Assembly: GCA_963700145.1 (NCBI GenBank)
Contig: OY969474.1
Coordinates: 4,544,001 to 4,608,000 of the forward strand
Length of the DNA stretch: 64,000 nucleotides
Reading direction: 5' to 3'
DNA from: an uncultured Acidobacteriota bacterium
GTDB lineage: Bacteria; Acidobacteriota; Thermoanaerobaculia; Multivoradales; UBA5704
The position numbers and the translations under genes are program-made. The first letter of the stretch is position 1; every line of letters starts with the position of its first letter. Of this stretch, positions 50,584-64,000 are shown piece after piece. The notes under the pieces were generated by a model that ran no database searches, had not been told where the DNA came from, and saw nothing but the letters and a program-made list of their open reading frames with translations.

Positions 50584-51053
50584 GGCGTCACCACCCCCGC
50601 CGCGTCGACGCTGAAGGCGAGGCCCGGCTCGGGGCCGTTGCCGGGGGTGGACACCATGGCAGTCAGCCGGACGCCGTTGGCGAAAATGTTCTCGGTGGTA
50701 GCGCCGTTGGGGTCGGTGTCGCAGGTATTGGGGTCGTTGATGCGGAAGCTGTGGCGCCCCACCGGGACGTCGGTGAGGGTGAGCGTGTACTCCGCCGCGC
50801 CGTTGGCCATCAGCGCGACGAGGGCGAAGTTGCGCCAGCTCGGGTGCATGTGGGTGACGCCCACCGCCTGGAAGCAGCCCGGGAAGCGCGCCTGCACCTG
50901 CGGATCGGGCGCCGTCGAGGCGCGGTAGACGAACGCCACGGTGACCGTTTGCGACGGGCCGGGATCGGTCGGGCCCGAGCCGTCACTCCCGCCGCAGCCG
51001 GCGAGCAGGGCCGCCCACGCCAGGACGACGGTCGATGCTCGCGGACGGCTCAT
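50580..51053 (-). CDS. Putative lipoprotein
   Basis: Lipobox LLAGC followed by GGSDGSGPT. Confidence 0.7.
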   Translation of the reverse strand: MSRPRASTVVLAWAALLAGCGGSDGSGPTDPGPSQTVTVAFVYRASTAPDPQVQARFPGCFQAVGVTHMHPSWRNFALVALMANGAAEYTLTLTDVPVGRHSFRINDPNTCDTDPNGATTENIFANGVRLTAMVSTPGNGPEPGLAFSVDAAGVVTP

Positions 51054-51058
51054 GAACC

Positions 51059-51454
51059 TCACCGCGGCAGATCGAGGGGAGTGAAGGGCTGAGGGAAGAG
51101 GTCGGCGAGGCGGACCTCCTCGCACGCGCCAGCCTCGTTGCAGACCAGGATCGGCAGGTCGGCGGCGAACTCCACCAGGGTCTGGCGGCAGAGGCCGCAG
51201 GGGCGGGCCGGCGGGTCGGTGTCGGTCACCACCGCCAGCGCCTGCGGCCGCCGCAGCCCGGCCGCCGCGGCGCGGGCGATCGCCAGCCGCTCGGCGCAGA
51301 TCGCGAGCGCCGGGATGCAGTTCTCGACGTTGCCCGAGGCGTGGATCGAGCCGTCCTCCATCAGCACCGCGGCGCCGACCGGGAAGCGGCTGTAGGGAGC
51401 GTAGGCGTTGGCGCGCGCCGCCCGCGCGGCGGCGACGAGGGGGTCCCAATCCAC
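51059..51454 (-). CDS. cdd: Cytidine deaminase
   Basis: [29 protein letters not shown]. Confidence 0.95.
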   Translation of the reverse strand: MDWDPLVAAARAARANAYAPYSRFPVGAAVLMEDGSIHASGNVENCIPALAICAERLAIARAAAAGLRRPQALAVVTDTDPPARPCGLCRQTLVEFAADLPILVCNEAGACEEVRLADLFPQPFTPLDLPR

Positions 51455-51528
51455 ACCTCGTGATAGCGTGCGGCGGCTTTCGGTCCGCCGTCCGGCGGCC
51501 GATCACTTCACATCGCGGAGGAGAGGGC

Positions 51529-52785
<1,257 letters not shown>

Positions 52786-52809
52786 GAACCCGATCCAGGA
52801 GACCCTCCG

Positions 52810-53739
52810 ATGCGTCACAAAGTCACCGTCGTCGGCGCCGGCAACGTCGGCGCCACCACCGCGCAGCGGATCGCCGAGGCCGATCTCGCCGACGTCGTCA
52901 TGGTGGACGTGGCCGGCGACCTCGCCGCCGGCAAGGCGCTCGACATGATGGAGTCGGCGCCGGTGCTCGGCTTCAACGCCCGCATCGAAGGGGGCTCCGA
53001 CTACGCCCCGACCGCCGGCTCCGACGTCTGCGTCGTCACCGCCGGCATCGCGCGCAAGCCCGGCATGAGCCGCGACGACCTGCTGCGCACCAACGCCGGC
53101 ATCACCCGGCAGGTGATCGAGCAGCTGGTGCGCCACTCGCCCGACACCATCCTCATCATGGTCACCAACCCGCTCGACGCCATGTGCGAGGTGGCGCGGC
53201 GGGTCTCCGGCTTCCCGCGCGAGCGCGTCTTCGGCATGGCCGGCGTCCTCGACGCCGCGCGCATGCGCTACTTCATCGCCGCCGAGCTGGGAGTGTCGGT
53301 CGAGGACGTGGACGCCTTCGTCCTCGGCGGCCACGGCGACACGATGGTGCCGCTGCCGCGCTACGCCACGGTCAACGGCGTGCCGCTGCCGCAGCTCCTG
53401 CCGGCCGAGCGCATCGAGGCGATCAACCAGCGCACCCGCGACGGCGGCATCGAGATCGTCAACTACTACAAGACCGGCTCGGCCTACTACGCGCCGGCGG
53501 CGGCGTCCTACGAGATGGTCGCCGCGGTCCTCCACGACAAGAAGAAGATCCTCCCCTGCGCCGTCCTCCTGCAGGGCGAGTACGGCCTCCACGACCTCTT
53601 CGTCGGCGTGCCGGTCAAGCTCGGACAGGGCGGCGTCGAGCAGGTGATCGAGCTCGAGCTGACGGCCGAGGAGCGCACCGCGCTCGACCGCTCGGCCGAG
53701 GCGGTGCGCGGGCTGGTCGCCTCCCTCCCCGAGGGCTGA
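52810..53739 (+). CDS. mdh: Malate dehydrogenase (LDH-like)
   Basis: [33 protein letters not shown]. Confidence 0.95.
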   Translation: MRHKVTVVGAGNVGATTAQRIAEADLADVVMVDVAGDLAAGKALDMMESAPVLGFNARIEGGSDYAPTAGSDVCVVTAGIARKPGMSRDDLLRTNAGITRQVIEQLVRHSPDTILIMVTNPLDAMCEVARRVSGFPRERVFGMAGVLDAARMRYFIAAELGVSVEDVDAFVLGGHGDTMVPLPRYATVNGVPLPQLLPAERIEAINQRTRDGGIEIVNYYKTGSAYYAPAAASYEMVAAVLHDKKKILPCAVLLQGEYGLHDLFVGVPVKLGQGGVEQVIELELTAEERTALDRSAEAVRGLVASLPEG

Positions 53740-53801
53740 GCCGCCGGCGCCGCAACCTCGGCGCCGCGACCGCGTATCTAGCCCGCCACCCCCTCCTCGC
53801 C

Positions 53802-56228
53802 ATGCGCCACGCCAAACCGCTGATCGTCTGGACCTGCCTGGGCCTCGCGGGGGCCGGCTTCGCGGTCTGGGGCTTCCCGCGCGCCTTCCCCTTCCTGCCG
53901 CAGCGCTGGGAGGTCACCAAGCAGGAGGCGGTGGCGATCGCGCTCGAGCGGATGAACGACCTCGGCCCGCCCGTCGAGAACCCGTACGTCGTCGCCCAGC
54001 TCGGCTCCCACGACCTGCTCGAGCGGCGGCTGCACCTCGCCCTCGCCGCGGGCGGCGACCGCGAGCGGCTGCGGCGGAGCACGCTCGGGCAGGCGCTCCT
54101 CTTCTGGCGCGTCGTCGTCTACGCGCCCGGGGCGCTGCCGGAGGAGTGGACCTACATGGCGCGCGTCGGGCTCGGCGGCGAGCTGCTCGACCTGCGGCTG
54201 CGCCTCGCCCCCGAGGAGAAGGGCCGGCGGATCGAGCCGGCGGCGGCGCGGCAGCGCGCCGACGCCTTCCTCACCGAGCAGGGCTTCGACCTGGCGCGCT
54301 TCCGCGAGCCCGAGGTGCGCGCCGCGCAGCTCCAGGCGCGCACCGACACGACGCTGCGCTACGTCGAGCGCGACCTGGCGCTCGGCGAGGAGCTCCCCTA
54401 CGGCGTCGAGGTCGGCTTCGGCGGCGACCGCCTGACGGGCTTCCAGTTCCGCCACGACGACCCGCAGCGGGCGCGGCTCGAAGCGGCGATCCAGCCGGCG
54501 GTCCTGCGCAGCACGATGCTCATCTTCGCGGTCTTCGTCGTCCTGCCGGTCGTCGGCGTGCTCTTCGTCCGCCGCTACCACGCCGGCGAGGTGGGAGTGA
54601 AGCGCGGCGTGCAGATCATGGCCGCCGTCTGGGGCGCGAGCCTCCTCCTCGTCCTGGCCACCGCGCGCACCGCCGCGCAGAACGTGCAGTTCGGCCCGCT
54701 CACCCGCGCGCAGAACACCTGGGTGTGGGCGGCGCAGATGGGCCTGCTCTTCTTCCTCTCGCTGTCGCTGGTCTGCCTGCTCGCCTGGTCGGTGGGGGAG
54801 GCGCTCTGCCGCGAGCGCCGGGGCGAGAAGCTCGCCGCCTTCGACGCGCTGTTCCACCGCGACTGGGCGAACGCGACGGTTGCCCGCTCGGCGCTGGTGG
54901 GGACCGCCGCCGGTCTGGCCCTGGCGGGCGGCGCGGTGGCCCTCGGCCTCGCCACCTCCCGCTGGGGTCACTGGCCGGTCCTCTCGTTCCATCTCGGCTC
55001 CTGGTGGTCGAGCGCCTCCTGGCCGGGCGTGGCGCTGCTGCTCTCCTGCTTCGTCTTCGTGCTCTACGGGGAGCTGGTCGGGCGCCTCACCCTGGTGCCG
55101 CTGCTGACGCGGCGGCTCGGCATCGTCGCCGGCGGCGCGCTCGCCACACTCCTCTCCACCCTCTTCCTCTTCGGCTCGCCGGCGCTGCCGCTCTTCTCAC
55201 AAGGCTGGGGGCTGGCGACGACGGCGCTGGCGACGGCGGCCCTGGTCGCCCTCTTCCTCGCCTACGACTTGCTGGGCGTGCTGATCGCCGCGTTCGTCGC
55301 CCAGGTGCTGCTCGGCGGCCTGCCGCTCCTCCTCGCCGCGGACCGCTCGCTCCAGCTCCAGGGCTGCCTGCCGCTCCTCGCCGGCGCGCTGCCGCTCCTC
55401 CTCTCCATCCGCCACCTCGGGAGCGAGCGGGAGTTCGAGTACCGCTACGACGACGTGCCGCCGCACGTGCGGCGGATCGCCGAGCGCGAGCGGCAGCGGG
55501 TGGAGCTGGAGACCGCGCGCGGCATCCAGAGCTCGATCCTGCCCGACCTGCCGCCGAGCCTCAACGGCGTGGACATCGCCCACGCCTACCTGCCGGCCAC
55601 CGAGGTGGGCGGCGACTTCTACGACGTGCTGGCGCTGGAGGACGGGCGGCTGGCGGTGGCGGTCGGCGACGTCGCCGGGCACGGCGTCTCGAGCGGCCTG
55701 GTGATGTCGATGGCGAAGTCGGCCCTGGCGGTGCAGGTGACCTTCGACCCGGAGGTCCGCCCGGTCTTCGCGACCCTCAACCGCATGGTCTTCCAGACGG
55801 CGCGCAAGCGCCTCCTGGCCACCCTCTGCTACGCCCTTCTCGACCCGGCGCGCCGCGAGCTGGTCTATGCCAGCGCCGGCCACCTCTACCCGTACGTCGT
55901 GAGCCGCGACGGCCGGGTGCTCGCCCTGGAGTCCACCTCCTACCCGCTCGGCGTGCGCGGCCTGCTGGCGATCGAGCCGCGGACCGTCAAGCTCCGCGCC
56001 GGCGACGTCCTCTTCATGTTCAGCGACGGCCTGGTCGAGGCGCGGCCGGAGGAAGGCACCGAGCCCTTCGGCTTCGACCGCCTGGAAGAGAGCCTCGCCC
56101 GCCACCACGGCAAGGATGTCGAGAGCCTGCGCGACGCCGTCCTGGCCGACGTCCGCCGCCACACCCGCAACGCGCCACGCGAGGACGACCAGACGGTGCT
56201 CGTCCTGCGGCTGCCGGAGGACGGCTAG
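53802..56228 (+). CDS. Multi-TM membrane protein with C-terminal PP2C/SpoIIE phosphatase
   Basis: Many TM helices; ARGIQ, VGGDFYD, GDVAGHG, SAGH, FSDGLVE, DDQT. Confidence 0.92.
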   Translation: MRHAKPLIVWTCLGLAGAGFAVWGFPRAFPFLPQRWEVTKQEAVAIALERMNDLGPPVENPYVVAQLGSHDLLERRLHLALAAGGDRERLRRSTLGQALLFWRVVVYAPGALPEEWTYMARVGLGGELLDLRLRLAPEEKGRRIEPAAARQRADAFLTEQGFDLARFREPEVRAAQLQARTDTTLRYVERDLALGEELPYGVEVGFGGDRLTGFQFRHDDPQRARLEAAIQPAVLRSTMLIFAVFVVLPVVGVLFVRRYHAGEVGVKRGVQIMAAVWGASLLLVLATARTAAQNVQFGPLTRAQNTWVWAAQMGLLFFLSLSLVCLLAWSVGEALCRERRGEKLAAFDALFHRDWANATVARSALVGTAAGLALAGGAVALGLATSRWGHWPVLSFHLGSWWSSASWPGVALLLSCFVFVLYGELVGRLTLVPLLTRRLGIVAGGALATLLSTLFLFGSPALPLFSQGWGLATTALATAALVALFLAYDLLGVLIAAFVAQVLLGGLPLLLAADRSLQLQGCLPLLAGALPLLLSIRHLGSEREFEYRYDDVPPHVRRIAERERQRVELETARGIQSSILPDLPPSLNGVDIAHAYLPATEVGGDFYDVLALEDGRLAVAVGDVAGHGVSSGLVMSMAKSALAVQVTFDPEVRPVFATLNRMVFQTARKRLLATLCYALLDPARRELVYASAGHLYPYVVSRDGRVLALESTSYPLGVRGLLAIEPRTVKLRAGDVLFMFSDGLVEARPEEGTEPFGFDRLEESLARHHGKDVESLRDAVLADVRRHTRNAPREDDQTVLVLRLPEDG

Positions 56229-56479
56229 ACCTGTTCCGGATCCCCCGACAGGTCTGTATGCTTCTTCATACGGTCCCGTCGCGCCGGCGGGCGCCGCGGC
56301 CGCCTGGAGCCGGCCGCGGCCTCCACCCCAAGTCTCGCCGCGTCTAGCACTTGCGGCAGGCGGCCCGGATGCGGAGCGGCGCCGGGCCGCGGCAGCCCAG
56401 CCGGGCACCGCCATTGCCCTAGAGGCCCCGCGACGCCACGGGCGCGCCGCCCGTGCCGGTCGTGGAGGTGCGACGCACC

Positions 56480-57865
56480 ATGATCCTCTCCCGCCCCACG
56501 CTGGCCCTCGCCCTGCTCCTCCTCGCCGCCGCGGCGGCAGGCGCGCAGGAGCCCGCGCCGCCGCCCGGCGAGCCGGCCCGCTTCCTCGTCGAGACGATCA
56601 CCGTCGAGGGCGCGCGCCCAGCCGCCGCCCGCATCGTCGAGGCGGAGAGCCTGCTGCGCACCGGCGAGTCGTACACCGAGACCGACCTGCGCCAGGCGGT
56701 GGCGCGCATCCACCGCCTGCCCTTCGTGCTCGAGGTCGTCTTCTCCCTGCGCAAGGGGAGCGTGCGCGGCGCCTACGAGCTGCTGATCGAGGTGCAGCAG
56801 GCGCGCTGGTTCTTCTTCGAGCGCGACAACCAGCTCACCTTCTTCGACGAGCCGCTGGCGCTCGACAGCCTGTCGCGGAACGAGACCACCTTCCGCTGGT
56901 TCGGCCTCGTCGGCGCGCGCGCCTTCGCCGGCCGCTCCGGCGTCGGCTTCGTGGGCGTCAGCGGCGTGAGCGTCCAGGCCGGCTACAGCCACTACGACCT
57001 CTTCGGCCGCGGCATCCTGGCCAGCGTCGGCTACTCGAGGGGGCTCACCGAGGTGGAGGACCCCCTGCCCTACGGCATCGATCCCAATCTCGCGGTCTGG
57101 GAGTGGGGCGACACCCAGAAGCTCTCGCTGAGCTTGGCCGTCCCGCTCTCCCGTGACGACTCCTTCCACTTCGCGTGGAGCGATCGCCGGGGGCAGGCGT
57201 CGGCCCGCCGCGAGGTCTTCGGGCCCTTCCGCCTTCCGCTCGAGCCGCTCGAGTTCATCGATGACGGCGAGCTGACCATGCGACGCGGCGAGGCGAAATG
57301 GGTGCGCGACACGAGCGACGACCCGCTGCTGCCCACCGGCGGCTTCACGCTCTCGGCGGGGCTCGAGTACGTCGCGTTCGAGGCGCGGGAGCTCACCGGC
57401 CTGCGGTTCGACCCCGAGCACTTCGAGCGCGCGCCGGAGCCGTTCGCGCCGCCGCCGTTCACCGGCGAGCAGGTCGTGGCCGCGTTCTCCGCCCTCCGCC
57501 ACCGGTCGCTGACGCCGCGGCAGTCGGTCTCGGCCGGCGGCCGCCTCTCCCTCGGCCGGTCGCGGGTCGAGAACCTGCCGCTCGGCGACACCTTTGTCGA
57601 CGAGATCGACCTCGACGTCTTCGGCGCGGCGCTGCAGGCCCGCCACCAGTGGCGCCTCTGGACGCGGCGCGGGGAGGCCGGCCTGGCCGACCTCTACCTC
57701 GAGAGCGGGGCCGCGGCGGGCGTCGAGTGGACCTCGCCCGACCTCGCCACCGCCCACGACCCGCTGGAGCGGCTGGAGCTCTCGACCGCCCTGGTCTTCC
57801 GCAACGAGTGGGGCCGGATCCGCCTCAAGCTGACGTTCCTCGACCTGGGCGAGGTGCGGCCGTGA
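56480..57865 (+). CDS. Outer-membrane protein with POTRA-like domain (Omp85-like)
   Basis: Signal peptide, VETITVEG...Y.E.DL.QAVARIHRLPF, beta-strand-rich body, DTSDDPLLPTGG. Confidence 0.65.
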   Translation: MILSRPTLALALLLLAAAAAGAQEPAPPPGEPARFLVETITVEGARPAAARIVEAESLLRTGESYTETDLRQAVARIHRLPFVLEVVFSLRKGSVRGAYELLIEVQQARWFFFERDNQLTFFDEPLALDSLSRNETTFRWFGLVGARAFAGRSGVGFVGVSGVSVQAGYSHYDLFGRGILASVGYSRGLTEVEDPLPYGIDPNLAVWEWGDTQKLSLSLAVPLSRDDSFHFAWSDRRGQASARREVFGPFRLPLEPLEFIDDGELTMRRGEAKWVRDTSDDPLLPTGGFTLSAGLEYVAFEARELTGLRFDPEHFERAPEPFAPPPFTGEQVVAAFSALRHRSLTPRQSVSAGGRLSLGRSRVENLPLGDTFVDEIDLDVFGAALQARHQWRLWTRRGEAGLADLYLESGAAAGVEWTSPDLATAHDPLERLELSTALVFRNEWGRIRLKLTFLDLGEVRP

Positions 57866-58503
57866 GGCCGGCGGCGCTGCCCCTCCTCCTGCTCCTCGCC
57901 GCGCCCCGGGCGGCCACGGCCGAAACCGTCCCGGCGCTCGAGCGGCCGCCCGGCCCCTGGCTGGTCCTGGCGCGGCTGCCGCCGCTGCTCGCCCGCGAGG
58001 AGGTCCGCAAGCACCTGGAGACCGGGCTCACCACGACCTTCGCCTTCCACGCCCGCGCCGCCGGCGCCGGCGAAGCGGCCGAGGGCGCGGCGCGCGTGGA
58101 CGTCCGCTACGAGCCCTGGGACGAGGTCTACTGGGTGACGCGGGCGGACGTCTCCGGCAAGGTCTCGCGCGTCACCTTCGCCTCCTTCGACCGGCTCGCC
58201 CGCTGGTGGCAGGAGCTGCGATTGGAGATCATCAAGGCGCCGCCGCCCGGTACGGGCCGCGTCGAGGTGCGCCTGCGGGTGATCCCCTTCTCCCACTCCG
58301 AGCAGCTCGACGCTCAGCGCTGGTTCTCCCAGGCCCTGGCCGAGGAGGAGCCGGGCGGGGCAGGATCGGTCTCGCAGGTGACCAAGGACCAGCCCGAGAC
58401 CTTCCGCGACCTGCTCAACCTCCTGATGGCGACCTCGATCCGCCGCCCGGCGCTGCTGGAGTACGAGTGGACGCTGGCCGTCCCGCGCGAGGGCAAGCGG
58501 TGA
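57862..58503 (+). CDS. Secreted hypothetical protein (DUF4390-like)
   Basis: Signal peptide; VRKHLETGLTTTF...VRYEPWDEVY; coupled to both neighbours. Confidence 0.6.
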   Translation: MRPAALPLLLLLAAPRAATAETVPALERPPGPWLVLARLPPLLAREEVRKHLETGLTTTFAFHARAAGAGEAAEGAARVDVRYEPWDEVYWVTRADVSGKVSRVTFASFDRLARWWQELRLEIIKAPPPGTGRVEVRLRVIPFSHSEQLDAQRWFSQALAEEEPGGAGSVSQVTKDQPETFRDLLNLLMATSIRRPALLEYEWTLAVPREGKR

Positions 58504-59725
58504 GCTGGCGCTCGGTCCTCGCCACGCTCGGCGGCATCGTCCTCGCCGCGGCGGCGGTGCTCTGGCTCGTCGAGCGGCAGATCTCCTCGGCCTGGTTCCG
58601 CGTCGGCCTGCAGCCCGAGGTCGTCGCCGCGCTGGAGCGCTCGCTCGACGACCGCAAGGCCCTGGCGCGGCTCGACCCGGCGCGCGAGGCCGAGTACCGC
58701 CGCCGCTTCGAGGCCGACCAGGCGGTGCTCAACCGGCTGCGCATCCTGGAGCACAACCGCGCCGAGATCGTGCGCCGCTACGAGCTGCTGCTGCTCGGCG
58801 CGGTCGGGACCGTCCTGATCGCCGCCGGCGGCGCCCACCTGCTGCGGCAGCGCGCCCGGGAGCGGCGGATCGAGCGGCTGCGCGACGCCCTCGTCGAGCT
58901 CTCCGCCGGGCGCGACGACGTGGTCCTCGGCGATCGGCGCCGCGACACTCTGGGCCGTATCGCGGCGATGGTCGAGGAGACCTCGCGGGTGATGACGCGC
59001 GACCGCCGCCGCCTGGCCTACCTCCGCAACCTCTCGGGCTGGCAGGAGGCGGCCCGCCGCCACGCCCACGAGATGCGGACGCCGCTCGCCGCCGCCCGCC
59101 TCGAGCTCGACCGGCTGCGCGACGCCCTCGGCGGCGACGAGGTCGCCCGGCCCGCCGAGGCGCGGCAGGCCGCCGAGAGCCTGCGCGAGGAGCTCGACCG
59201 CCTCGGCCGCTTCACGCGCCAGTTCACGACCTTCGGCCGGCTGCCGCGCCCGCGCCTCGCGGTCTGCGACCTGGCGCCGCTGGTCGGCGAGTTCGCCGCC
59301 ACCTTCGCCCGCGCCTGGCCGAACCTGGAGCTCGTGCTCGACCCCCCGGAGGGCTCGCCGGCGGGTCGCTTCCTCGCGGCGGCGGATCGCGACATGCTGC
59401 GCCAGGTGCTCGTCAACCTCTGCGACAACAGCGCCCAGGCCCTCGGCGAGCGCCGCGGCGCCGTCGTCCTGCGCCTCGGCGGGGCGGCGGCGAGCGTCCA
59501 TCTCGAGCTCCGCGACGACGGTCCGGGGATCGCCCCCGAGGTGCGCGCCCGCCTCTTCGAGCCCTACGTCACCACCCGCCGCGAAGGCGAGGGGATGGGG
59601 CTCGGGCTGGCGATCTCGAAGAAGGTCCTGCTCGACCACGGCGGCGACCTCGAGCTCGCCGCCACCTCCGCGGCGGGCACCACGTTCCGCCTGACCTTCC
59701 CCGCCGCCGCGCAGGGCGGCGCGCC

Positions 59726-59729
<4 letters not shown>
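58500..59729 (+). CDS. Sensor histidine kinase (NtrY-like)
   Basis: 2 TM, WQEAARRHAHEMRTPL, QVLVNL.DN, DDGPG, GMGLGL. Confidence 0.92.
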
Positions 59730-61107
<1,378 letters not shown>

Positions 61108-61192
61108 TACACTGCCGCGGCTGCGGCCGCCCCTCGCGTGCGGCCGTCTTCCCAACCAAGGCCTCTCGAGCGGGATCTCGAGGAGGGAGCGT

Positions 61193-62370
<1,178 letters not shown>

Positions 62371-62371
<1 letters not shown>

Positions 62372-63249
62372 TGGCCATCTGGGTGAACAACGACACGCGC
62401 CTCCTGGTGCAGGGGATCACCGGCAAGGAGGGGACCTTCCACGCCCTCGGCTGCCGCGACTACGGCACGCGCGTCGTCGCCGGCGTCACCCCCGGCAAGG
62501 GCGGCGAGACCGTCGAGGGCATCCCGGTCTTCGACACCGTCGCCGACGCGCGCGCGGCGACCGGCTGCAACGCCACGATGATCTTCGTGCCGCCCCCCTT
62601 CGCCGCCGACGCGGTGATGGAGGCCGCCGCGGCGGGGATCGAGCTCGTGGTCTGCATCACCGAGGGCATCCCGGTGGCCGACATGCTGAAGGTCAAGACC
62701 TTCCTGCGCGACCACCCGACGCGGCTCGTCGGCCCCAACTGTCCCGGCGTCATCTCGCCGGGGATGGCGAAGATCGGCATCATGCCCGGGCACATCCACC
62801 GCCCCGGGCACGTCGGCGTCGTCAGCCGCTCGGGCACGCTCACCTACGAGGCGGTCTGGCAGCTCACCAACCTCGGGCTCGGGCAATCGACCTGCGTCGG
62901 CATCGGCGGCGACCCGGTCAACGGCACCAACTTCATCGACTGCCTGGAAGCCTTCGCCGCCGACCCCGAGACCGAGGCGGTCATCCTGATCGGCGAGATC
63001 GGCGGCAGCGCCGAGGAGGAGGCCGCGGCCTGGGTCGAGGAGCACTTCGACCGGCCGGTCGTCGGCTTCATCGCCGGGCGCACGGCGCCGCCGGGCCGGC
63101 GGATGGGGCACGCCGGGGCGATCGTCGCCGGCGGCAAGGGGACGGCGGCCGAGAAGATGGAGGCGCTGCGCGCGGCCGGCATCCAGGTCGTCGAGTCGCC
63201 GGCCGAGATGGGCGCGACGGTCGCCAAGGCCCTGTCGTCCCGGGCGTGA
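62371..63249 (+). CDS. sucD: Succinyl-CoA synthetase alpha subunit
   Basis: [29 protein letters not shown]. Confidence 0.96.
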
Positions 63250-63923
63250 GCGAGGGATCGATCGATCGCCTTCCCGGCGCCGGCTGGCTGGCACTGCTCG
63301 GCGGCGGCGAGTTCAGCTTCGGCGAGACCCTCGACGCCGACCGCGCCTGGCTGGCCAAGGCGCCGCCGGGACCGATCGGCTTCGTCCCCGCCGCCAGCGG
63401 CTCCTCGGACTACGGCGTCCACCTCGCCAAGTACTTCGAGGGCGGCTTCGGGCGCGCGGTCGAGACGATCCCGATCTACCGCCCGCGCGACGCCCGCCGC
63501 GGCCGCAACGCCGAGCGGATCGCCGCCGTCGCCGCGGTCTACCTCGGCGGTGGCGTCACCGACCACCTGCTCGAGGCGCTCGCCGGCTCACCGGCCGCCG
63601 AGGCGCTGGCCGGGAAGCTCCGCGACGGCGGCGTCGTGGCCGCCATCGCCGCCGCGGCCCAGTGCGCCGGGCGGGTGGCGCGCAGCATCTTCGGCGGCGG
63701 CACGGTGCCGGGGCTCGGCTGGCTGCCGGACGCCGCGGTCGAGCCCAACTTCGACCCCGGCCACGACCGGCGGCTGCGCAAGCTGATGGCGGCGCCGGGA
63801 GTGGAAATCGGGCTCGGCATCCCGGCCGGCGCGGCGCTGCTGCTCGGGCCGGAAGGCGCGGTCGAGGTGGCGGGGACGGCCTTCCGCCTGCACGGCGCCG
63901 ACGGCGATTTGGAGGTTTTGTAG
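63246..63923 (+). CDS. Peptidase S51/cyanophycinase-like (class I GAT fold) protein
   Basis: [26 protein letters not shown]...EPNFD. Confidence 0.7.
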   Translation: MSEGSIDRLPGAGWLALLGGGEFSFGETLDADRAWLAKAPPGPIGFVPAASGSSDYGVHLAKYFEGGFGRAVETIPIYRPRDARRGRNAERIAAVAAVYLGGGVTDHLLEALAGSPAAEALAGKLRDGGVVAAIAAAAQCAGRVARSIFGGGTVPGLGWLPDAAVEPNFDPGHDRRLRKLMAAPGVEIGLGIPAGAALLLGPEGAVEVAGTAFRLHGADGDLEVL

Positions 63924-63962
63924 CGCCCGGGCCACGTCCCGGGCGTTTTTCTAGGAGACGAC

Positions 63963-64000
63963 ATGGAGCAGACGCTCGCGATCCTCAAGCCCGACAGCAT
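63963..64000 (+). CDS. ndk: Nucleoside diphosphate kinase, 5' end
   Basis: AGGAG RBS then MEQTLAILKPDS; follows sucCD. Confidence 0.85.
   Translation, partial: MEQTLAILKPDS

Overview
High-GC bacterial window; gene style suggests Acidobacteriota/Thermoanaerobaculia (inference). Many single-base frameshifts, including in icd, point to long-read assembly errors. (1) From <1 to ~20,850 is a genomic island anchored at the 3' end of tRNA-Ala(CGC) by a large serine recombinase. It carries a BREX locus of non-canonical composition: HTH-brxE-brxA-brxB-brxC-pglX-pglZ-brxL, followed by an SNF2 helicase. It also has a Zn-ribbon Ser/Thr kinase and a three-gene operon: a catalytically dead FimB-like recombinase, a helical protein and a BlaI-type repressor, followed by a matching operator-like palindrome. 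(2) 21-28 kb is backbone: phosphoesterase, membrane kinase, M16 peptidase pair. (3) 27.9-43 kb is an aryl-polyene/xanthomonadin-like type II PKS/FAS cluster with an FAD-dependent halogenase-like enzyme. (4) 43.6-48.2 kb is a lower-GC cassette encoding TIR-pentapeptide-WD40 plus a stand-alone TIR, bracketed by a ~240-bp diverged duplication of the apaH 3' end; this is a candidate undescribed defence system. (5) 48-64 kb is housekeeping: PduO-type adenosyltransferase, HAD phosphatase, cdd, icd, mdh, PP2C, an Omp85/two-component operon, sucCD and ndk.
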